Below, piece after piece: positions 58,526 to 64,000 of a stretch of 64,000 nt of DNA (the first letter of the stretch is position 1; each line of letters begins with the position of its first letter). Both the position numbers and the translations under genes were made by a program. The notes below the pieces were generated by a model that saw only the letters and a program-made list of their open reading frames with translations, searched no databases and was not told the origin of the DNA. The DNA comes from an uncultured Candidatus Saccharibacteria bacterium (GTDB lineage: Bacteria > Patescibacteriota > Minisyncoccia > Phycocordibacterales > Phycocordibacteraceae). The stretch covers positions 43,718-107,717 of the forward strand of contig CAYJLK010000002.1 of NCBI GenBank assembly GCA_964371445.1. The letters are read 5' to 3'.

Positions 58526-59161
58526 ATGGCGGTACCCTCAGCAAGCGCAACCCAGCAGTTCGTTCCGGTGAAGGAGATCCGGAACGGCATCATTATCCTC
58601 AAAGACGGCGGCTACCGCGGCGTGCTTATCTGTTCCTCGATCAACTTCGGACTCAAGTCGGCCGATGAACAGCACGCGATCACGCTCGGCTTCCAGAATT
58701 TCCTCAATACGCTCGACTTCTCGATACAGATTGTTATCAATTCGCGCCGGATGGACCTGCGTCCCTACCTCGCGCTCCTGGGAGAAAAGTCCGCCGAACA
58801 AAAGACAGAGTTGATGCGGATCCAACTTCGCGAGTATATCGAATTCGTCCGCTCCTTCACCGACCAGGCGAATATCATGACGAAATCTTTTTACGTCGTC
58901 GTCTCATACACGCCGCATGTCAGCGCCGCGAGCGCGACCAGCTTCCTGCGGCGCGAGAATGCCGCGGTGAAGAGCGCCGCTGCCGAGACTTCTTTCGAAG
59001 AAGATCGGGCTCAGCTCGAACAAAGGCTCACACTCGTCGCCGCCGGTCTTGCAGGCACCGGCGTTCGCGCGGTCCCGCTCGGTACTGAAGAGGTCATCGA
59101 ACTGTTGTATCGTTCATTTAATCCGGGCGAACTTGAGAACCCTATCAGGCTCGATAATTAA
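58526..59161 (+). CDS. VirB4/TraE-family N-terminal domain as a separate ORF
   Basis: QQFVPVKEIRNGIIILKDGGYRGVLICSSINFGLKSADEQHAITLGFQNFLNTLDFSIQIVINSRR matches the N-terminus of Gram-positive-type VirB4. Ends 4 nt before the ATPase ORF, in a different frame. Confidence 0.7.
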   Translation: MAVPSASATQQFVPVKEIRNGIIILKDGGYRGVLICSSINFGLKSADEQHAITLGFQNFLNTLDFSIQIVINSRRMDLRPYLALLGEKSAEQKTELMRIQLREYIEFVRSFTDQANIMTKSFYVVVSYTPHVSAASATSFLRRENAAVKSAAAETSFEEDRAQLEQRLTLVAAGLAGTGVRAVPLGTEEVIELLYRSFNPGELENPIRLDN

Positions 59162-59165
59162 ACGT

Positions 59166-60992
59166 ATGGCACTCCTCGACTTTCTCAATCGTAAAAAAGA
59201 AGAAGAAGAAGAAGCGCCGGCGGTCATGCCGGTCTTGCCGAGAGACATCTACCGGCAGGGAGCGCTGAGCCTCGTTGACACTATCGCTCCGACGGCGCTG
59301 AAGATCAGCTCGCGCGAGCTCGAACTCGGAGAAAAATTCGTCCGCGCTTTTTACACTATCTCGTATCCTCGTTTCCTCTCCGACAGCTGGTTCTCGCCCA
59401 TCATCAATCTCGACAAAGTGCTTGATGTCTCTCTCTTCATCCACCCGGTAGAGACCGAACAGGCCCTGCGCGGCTTCCAGAAGAAGGTTGCCGAGGTCCA
59501 GAGCCAGATTAACGAGCGCGAAGCGAAGGGATTGGTGCGCGATCCGCTGCTTGATACGGCGTACCAAGATCTCGAGAGCCTGCGCGATAGCCTCCAGCAG
59601 GCGCAGGAAAAGCTCTTCGATGTCGGCCTCTACCTCGCGCTCTACGGCGACACGAAGGAGGAGATCGACCGGACCGAAGGCGATATCCGCGGTATCCTCG
59701 ACGCAAAGCTCGTCTATACGAAGCCGGCGTTGTTCCAACAGGAGCAGGGGTTCCGCTCATGCCTGCCCTTGGGTAGCGACGAGCTCCTCGTCAATTCGAA
59801 GTTGAATTCATCGCCGCTTTCTTCGATATTCCCGTTCGTTTCTTTCGACCTGACGAGCGACCGCGGCATCCTCTACGGCATCAACCGACACAATTCTTCG
59901 CTTATTCTCTTCGACCGCTTCTCGCTCGAGAACTACAATTCCGTCGTGTTTGCAAAGTCCGGTTCCGGCAAAAGCTACGCGACGAAGCTCGAGATCCTGC
60001 GCTCCCTGATGTTCGGCACCGACGTCATCGTCATCGATCCCGAACGCGAATACGAACAGCTCGCCGAAGCGACGGGCGGACGCTCATTCCACATCTCGCT
60101 CTCTTCCGAGCATCATATCAATCCGTTCGATCTCCCGCCGGTCAAGGAAGACGAGGATCCGAAGGATGTCCTGCGCTCCAACATCATCGCGCTTGTCGGA
60201 CTCTTCCGCATCATGCTCTCGGGACTCTCTCCCGAAGAAGACGCGATCATCGACCGCGCCATAAGTGAAACGTACGCGCTCAAAGACATCACCGGCGATT
60301 CCGACTTTACCGGCGCCGAACCGCCGCTGCTCTCCGATTTCGAACAGGTGCTCTCCGGCATGGAGGGAAGCGAATCGCTGGTCGAGCGCCTCTCGAAATA
60401 TACTCGCGGGTCGTGGTCGGGATTCCTTAATCAGCCAACCAACATCGACCTGAAACAGCAGTTCGCCGTCTTCTCGGTGCGCGATATGGAGGACGAGCTG
60501 AAACCAGTCGCGATGTATATCGTCACGCACTACATCTGGAATGCGGTACGGCACGAGATGAAGAAGCGGCTCCTTATCATCGACGAGGCGTGGTGGATGA
60601 TGAAGAGCGACGACACCGCCTCCTTCCTCTACTCGCTTGCGAAGCGCGGAAGAAAATATTATCTGGGCGTCTGTACCATCACGCAGGATGTCGAGGACTT
60701 CTTGAAGAGCCCGTACGGTCGGCCGATCCTTACCAACTCCTCTATCCAGTTATTGTTGAAACAGTCGCCGACGACCATCGACGTGCTCCAACAGACCTTC
60801 AATCTTACCGATGAGGAAAAATATCTTCTGCTCGAGGCTGGCGTCGGGGAAGGGCTCTTCTTTGCAGGATTGAAGCATGTCGCCATCAAGGTCGTCGCGA
60901 GCTATACCGAGGACCAGATTATTACCTCTGATCCTTCCCAGCTGATCGCCATTAAGCAAGAGAAGGATCGGTATGCCGCAGAAAAGAAATAG
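59166..60992 (+). CDS. VirB4/TraE-family conjugative ATPase (central and C-terminal domains)
   Basis: Walker A FAKSGSGKSY, Walker B LLIIDEAWWMM, FYTISYPRFLSDSWFSPIINL region. 609 aa. Confidence 0.85.
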   Translation: MALLDFLNRKKEEEEEAPAVMPVLPRDIYRQGALSLVDTIAPTALKISSRELELGEKFVRAFYTISYPRFLSDSWFSPIINLDKVLDVSLFIHPVETEQALRGFQKKVAEVQSQINEREAKGLVRDPLLDTAYQDLESLRDSLQQAQEKLFDVGLYLALYGDTKEEIDRTEGDIRGILDAKLVYTKPALFQQEQGFRSCLPLGSDELLVNSKLNSSPLSSIFPFVSFDLTSDRGILYGINRHNSSLILFDRFSLENYNSVVFAKSGSGKSYATKLEILRSLMFGTDVIVIDPEREYEQLAEATGGRSFHISLSSEHHINPFDLPPVKEDEDPKDVLRSNIIALVGLFRIMLSGLSPEEDAIIDRAISETYALKDITGDSDFTGAEPPLLSDFEQVLSGMEGSESLVERLSKYTRGSWSGFLNQPTNIDLKQQFAVFSVRDMEDELKPVAMYIVTHYIWNAVRHEMKKRLLIIDEAWWMMKSDDTASFLYSLAKRGRKYYLGVCTITQDVEDFLKSPYGRPILTNSSIQLLLKQSPTTIDVLQQTFNLTDEEKYLLLEAGVGEGLFFAGLKHVAIKVVASYTEDQIITSDPSQLIAIKQEKDRYAAEKK

Positions 60993-61635
60993 CGCCGAGC
61001 CACCGAAGGTGATGACCTGGGGAAAGGCAGCACCGATTCTTGCTGTGTGTGTCATCTTCGACGCGCTGCGCCTCATGTTCGAAATGTTCTGGTTCTTCGG
61101 ACCGGCGATGGCCGCCCTCTACTGCACCGTTAAGGTGAGCGGGGTGGTCGGAACGACCTTGGGAGGATTTGCCTGCGGTGTCGGCGCTACGGTGGCGGGA
61201 ACCCTCGGAGCTCCCGCCATAGAGGTTTTCGGCGTCGTGATGGCGATAGCTGTCGGACTCTTCGGATGGCTCGTCATCGGACTCTGGCTCATGGTAACGA
61301 ACGCGCGCATTTTCAAAGAGAATGCCGCCTGGTTTGCCGGTAGTCTCCTCATAAGCGAGATACCTATTGTCGGTTCGATACCCGCACTTACCATCATCGT
61401 CTGGAAAATGTACCGCACGCAAATCACGCTAGAAAAAGCCGAGATGCAGCGCTATGAACAGGAGCGAGCCGCTGCCGAACGGCAGGAGCGCGAACAACGA
61501 ATCGCCCTCGTACTCCACAACCAATCACTGCAACAAGCGCAGATCGAGCAGGAAGAGGCGGCGGACGATGCGCTCTCTGCCGAAGCCGCAAATGATGATG
61601 AATATATCCCCCAAAAGATGAGAGAGGCGGCGTGA
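60973..61635 (+). CDS. polytopic membrane protein with coiled-coil C-terminal tail (VirB6-like candidate)
   Basis: 4-5 TM helices then QRYEQERAAAERQEREQRIALVLHNQSLQQAQIEQEE. A GAGAAGGA SD precedes the ATG at 60973. Overlaps the VirB4 end. Confidence 0.55.
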   Translation: MPQKRNSAEPPKVMTWGKAAPILAVCVIFDALRLMFEMFWFFGPAMAALYCTVKVSGVVGTTLGGFACGVGATVAGTLGAPAIEVFGVVMAIAVGLFGWLVIGLWLMVTNARIFKENAAWFAGSLLISEIPIVGSIPALTIIVWKMYRTQITLEKAEMQRYEQERAAAERQEREQRIALVLHNQSLQQAQIEQEEAADDALSAEAANDDEYIPQKMREAA

Positions 61636-62663
61636 CCTCTTGCAAGAGGCGCTATACTAGACGCATGCGTTCTGGTCTCCTCACCATTCTCACTGCCGCC
61701 CTCATGCTCCCCGGTATAGCTGCCGCCCAGGTGTTTGCCGACCTGGGAATAAGCGACACCGCGTCCTTCAATCTCTCCGCCATTCCTCAGTACCCGGTGC
61801 CCTACGGCAAGGTGTCCCTCTCCTTCCTTTCAGGTTCTATCGAGCTAACGAGCGCGACCTTGACCGTTTCCGCAAACGGAAAAGACATATACCGAGGCTC
61901 GGTACAGCCGGTCTCTGTCACGCTCGGAAAGGCGGGGAGCGTAACAAATGTGACGGCGATTATATCTGCCGGCGGCGAGAAATACACTCAGACACTCCGC
62001 ATCCAACCCCAAGACGTCGCGCTCATCGCCGAACCGATCTCCTTCGCGCCCCCGCTCTATCCCGGGAAACCGCTCGTACCACTCGACGGGACTGTGCGCG
62101 TCGTCGCTATGGCGAATCTGAAAAATGTCAGCGGAAAGTCGCTCGACCCCGCGACACTCTCCTACGCATGGGTCGTCGACAACATGCAGATCGCAAACTC
62201 CTCGGGCATCGGCAAGACGGCAATCATGGTCGCCTCGCCGCTTCAGTACCGCAGTCGCGATGTTGCGGTCTCGGTCATGAGCGCCGACGGGAGCCACGTC
62301 GGGGGCGCATCGCTCTCGCTCTCGTCCCTCGAGCCTTCGATACGCCTCTATGAAAATGACCCCTTGCTCGGCATTCGTTTCAACCGCGCCCTTTCGGGCG
62401 CATACTCCATCATGAACGCCGAGTCTTCGCTCTATGCCGCTCCATTTTCGCTCCCGACCCAGCGTGGAGCGCCGCTTATCCAGTGGTTCTTAAACGGAGA
62501 ACCAGCACAGACTGGCGGCTCCATAACCCTGCGACCGACGGGAAGCGGGCAGGGGAGCGCCTCGCTCTCGCTCACTGCCTCCTCAGGGGAGTATGCAAAG
62601 GCGACTGCGAACCTCTCCCTCAAGTTCGGTGAAAAACCCGAATTTAATTTCTTCGGATTATGA
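61632..62663 (+). CDS. secreted protein, hypothetical (T4SS-cluster associated)
   Basis: Signal peptide MRSGLLTILTAALMLPGIAAAQ from Met12 (61665), then a Ser/Thr/Ala-rich beta-type domain. The stop TGA overlaps the next ATG (ATGA). Confidence 0.6.
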   Translation: MTSCKRRYTRRMRSGLLTILTAALMLPGIAAAQVFADLGISDTASFNLSAIPQYPVPYGKVSLSFLSGSIELTSATLTVSANGKDIYRGSVQPVSVTLGKAGSVTNVTAIISAGGEKYTQTLRIQPQDVALIAEPISFAPPLYPGKPLVPLDGTVRVVAMANLKNVSGKSLDPATLSYAWVVDNMQIANSSGIGKTAIMVASPLQYRSRDVAVSVMSADGSHVGGASLSLSSLEPSIRLYENDPLLGIRFNRALSGAYSIMNAESSLYAAPFSLPTQRGAPLIQWFLNGEPAQTGGSITLRPTGSGQGSASLSLTASSGEYAKATANLSLKFGEKPEFNFFGL

Positions 62664-62741
62664 ACCCCGTTAGAAATCACGAACAAAATATGAAAGATAA
62701 AAATGTGGCAGGAAGTCGCATGGGTTCTATTTCTAACGGGG
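62660..62741. repeat. second copy of the inverted-repeat element ATGAACCCCGTTAGAAAT-N51-ATTTCTAACGGG-GTG
   Basis: Arms at 62665-62677 and 62729-62740. Same arm sequence, spacing and flanking ATGAA / RTG as the ppa copy. Spacer sequences are unrelated. Confidence 0.6.
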
Positions 62742-63544
62742 TGAAGAAAACGACGCTCATTCTCTCTGTTCTCTCATTTTTCGCGCTCGCCTCGACCGCC
62801 TTTGCACAAGGATTCGTCCCGCTCGCACCGATACCCGGTCTCACCGAGGGCGCGACAGCAGACACGGCTGGTCTCGCGAACTTCTTCAACAACCTCTACA
62901 AATATCTCATCGGTCTCGCTGCTGCGCTCGCTGTCATTGAAATCATCTGGGGCGGACTTGAAATATCGACACAGGATTCGGTGAGCAAGAATAAAGACGG
63001 GAAGGATCGTATCTATCAGGCGATCTTCGGCCTTGTCCTCGTCCTCTCGCCAGTGCTTGTCTTCTCCATCATCAATCCGAGTATTCTGAATCTCTCATTG
63101 AATCTCCAGAAGCTGGATACAGCATCCACAGCACCAAGTCCAGTACCAAGTGGAACGGGAACAGGGGACACAACCACAGCGACTGCAGCTGGATGCTCTG
63201 TGTCACTTAATCAAGGCGTTGTTGGTTGCCCGACTCAAGCAGCAGCTGATGCCTGGGTTAGTTCATGTTCGAACGGCACTGGGCGCGTGTATCTATCAAA
63301 TGAAGCTTCGTTACCTTATGCGGCAACCTGTAACGTCTTGCAACCATTTCGGGGAAACCAAAATTATACTGACAAGACAACGATCCCAGCAGGGCTGTGG
63401 TGTTTCAAGACCGAAGATGCCAACAAGCCCAACACTATTGTTTACACCTGCGGTGCAAGTAAAGACGCCTGCGACACCCTCGCTATGCGTCCTCCTCTAG
63501 GAGGACGTGTCTTCGCCGATTGTGCAAGCCCTCCTCCTAATTAA
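62660..63544 (+). CDS. pilin-like (VirB2/TrbC-like architecture) secreted protein with Cys-rich C-terminal domain
   Basis: Signal peptide, two hydrophobic helices (LANFFNNLYKYLIGLAAALAVIEIIWGG; IFGLVLVLSPVLVFSII), Thr-rich linker, 8 Cys in the last about 110 aa. Start ambiguous among ATG 62660 (coupled), ATG 62720 (AGGAAG SD) and GTG 62741. Confidence 0.55.
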   Translation: MNPVRNHEQNMKDKNVAGSRMGSISNGVKKTTLILSVLSFFALASTAFAQGFVPLAPIPGLTEGATADTAGLANFFNNLYKYLIGLAAALAVIEIIWGGLEISTQDSVSKNKDGKDRIYQAIFGLVLVLSPVLVFSIINPSILNLSLNLQKLDTASTAPSPVPSGTGTGDTTTATAAGCSVSLNQGVVGCPTQAAADAWVSSCSNGTGRVYLSNEASLPYAATCNVLQPFRGNQNYTDKTTIPAGLWCFKTEDANKPNTIVYTCGASKDACDTLAMRPPLGGRVFADCASPPPN

Positions 63545-63546
63545 AT

Positions 63547-64000
63547 ATGCGCCGCTTACTTATCATTGCCGCAGTCGCGATACTCCTCCTCGGGCTTGGA
63601 ATTATCGCGTACTTCTATTTCTTCGCGGGCGGCTCGGCGGGCGTTGAGGTGACTGTGCCGAGTTCAAATGTCAGCCTTCCCTCGGCAGAGCAGGGGACAG
63701 CGCCCGCTACCGGCACAACTGCCGGCGGCGGCGGTACTCAAAACGAACCCACAAATGCGCCGGTAGCAGTCTCCGCGCGGCTGGTGAAGATAAGCGCCGG
63801 ACCGGTCGTGCCGGGAGCAGCCGTGGTAAGCAAGACAAGAAATGCCAGCTCCACGCCCTCCTCGACGTCGCCCGGGACGAGCGACACGACCGTCACCTAC
63901 ATCGAGCGGACAAGCGGTAATGTATTCTCCTATTCCACGAACACAAAAACGTCTACGCGCACCAGCAATAAAACAATTCCGGGCATTCAATCCGCCGCAT
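63547..64000 (+). CDS. N-terminally anchored Ser/Thr/Gly-rich protein, partial (runs off window end)
   Basis: MRRLLIIAAVAILLLGLGIIAYFYFFAGG... with no stop before 64000. Not in the ORF track because it is open-ended. Confidence 0.5.
   Translation, partial: MRRLLIIAAVAILLLGLGIIAYFYFFAGGSAGVEVTVPSSNVSLPSAEQGTAPATGTTAGGGGTQNEPTNAPVAVSARLVKISAGPVVPGAAVVSKTRNASSTPSSTSPGTSDTTVTYIERTSGNVFSYSTNTKTSTRTSNKTIPGIQSAA

Overview
High-GC (about 60%), tightly packed bacterial chromosome segment. The minus strand of the first 17 kb carries an almost complete S10-spc-str ribosomal superoperon: secY (5' part only), L15, S5, L18, L6, S8, S14, L5, L24, L14, S17, L29, L16, S3, L22, S19, L2, L23, L4, L3, S10, tuf, fusA, S7 and S12. 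There is no L30 gene between S5 and L15. That absence, a lone cca gene next to tRNAs that lack encoded CCA, a type IV pilus plus ComEC competence kit, and a monoderm-type (PrgI/VirB4) type IV secretion-like cluster make a Patescibacteria/CPR-like organism likely; this is inference, with moderate confidence. Housekeeping genes elsewhere include ksgA, uvrD/pcrA, a LysM-M23 peptidase, comM/yifB, a dksA-like gene, a NYN-domain gene, rpsO, xerD, xth, cca, four tRNAs, yraN, a trypsin-like protease, rarA, hup, rny, clpP, ppa, nusA, pilB, pilC, three pilin-like genes, tpiA, pgk, a HIT gene, recJ, rnhA, comEC, sod, rpmB and a site-2-protease-like gene. Six things stand out. (1) A co-oriented four-gene secreted/membrane module (16.7-22.5 kb) sits directly upstream of rpsL and includes a 720-aa VirB6/TrbL-like polytopic protein with a long coiled-coil tail. 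(2) A type IV secretion-like cluster at 58.1->64 kb has a VirB4 split into two ORFs, membrane and secreted partners, and a Cys-rich pilin-like protein. (3) A conserved inverted-repeat pair, ATGAAYCCCGTTAGAAAT-N51-ATTTCTAACGGG-RTG, occurs at two unrelated translation starts (ppa and the pilin-like gene). (4) A 530-bp ORF-free, palindrome-rich region is bracketed by bidirectional terminators and contains a perfect 18-bp palindrome over a promoter-like -35/-10. (5) A hypothetical gene is inserted inside the normally invariant rpsJ-rplC junction. (6) An AT-rich mini-island with two tiny membrane proteins is inserted between fusA and tuf. No rRNA genes, CRISPR arrays or transposase/IS elements were seen. 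The ORF track reports TTG/GTG starts as M, and several starts were trimmed to internal ATG/GTG codons after inspection. Coordinates derived by hand may be off by 1-2 nt.
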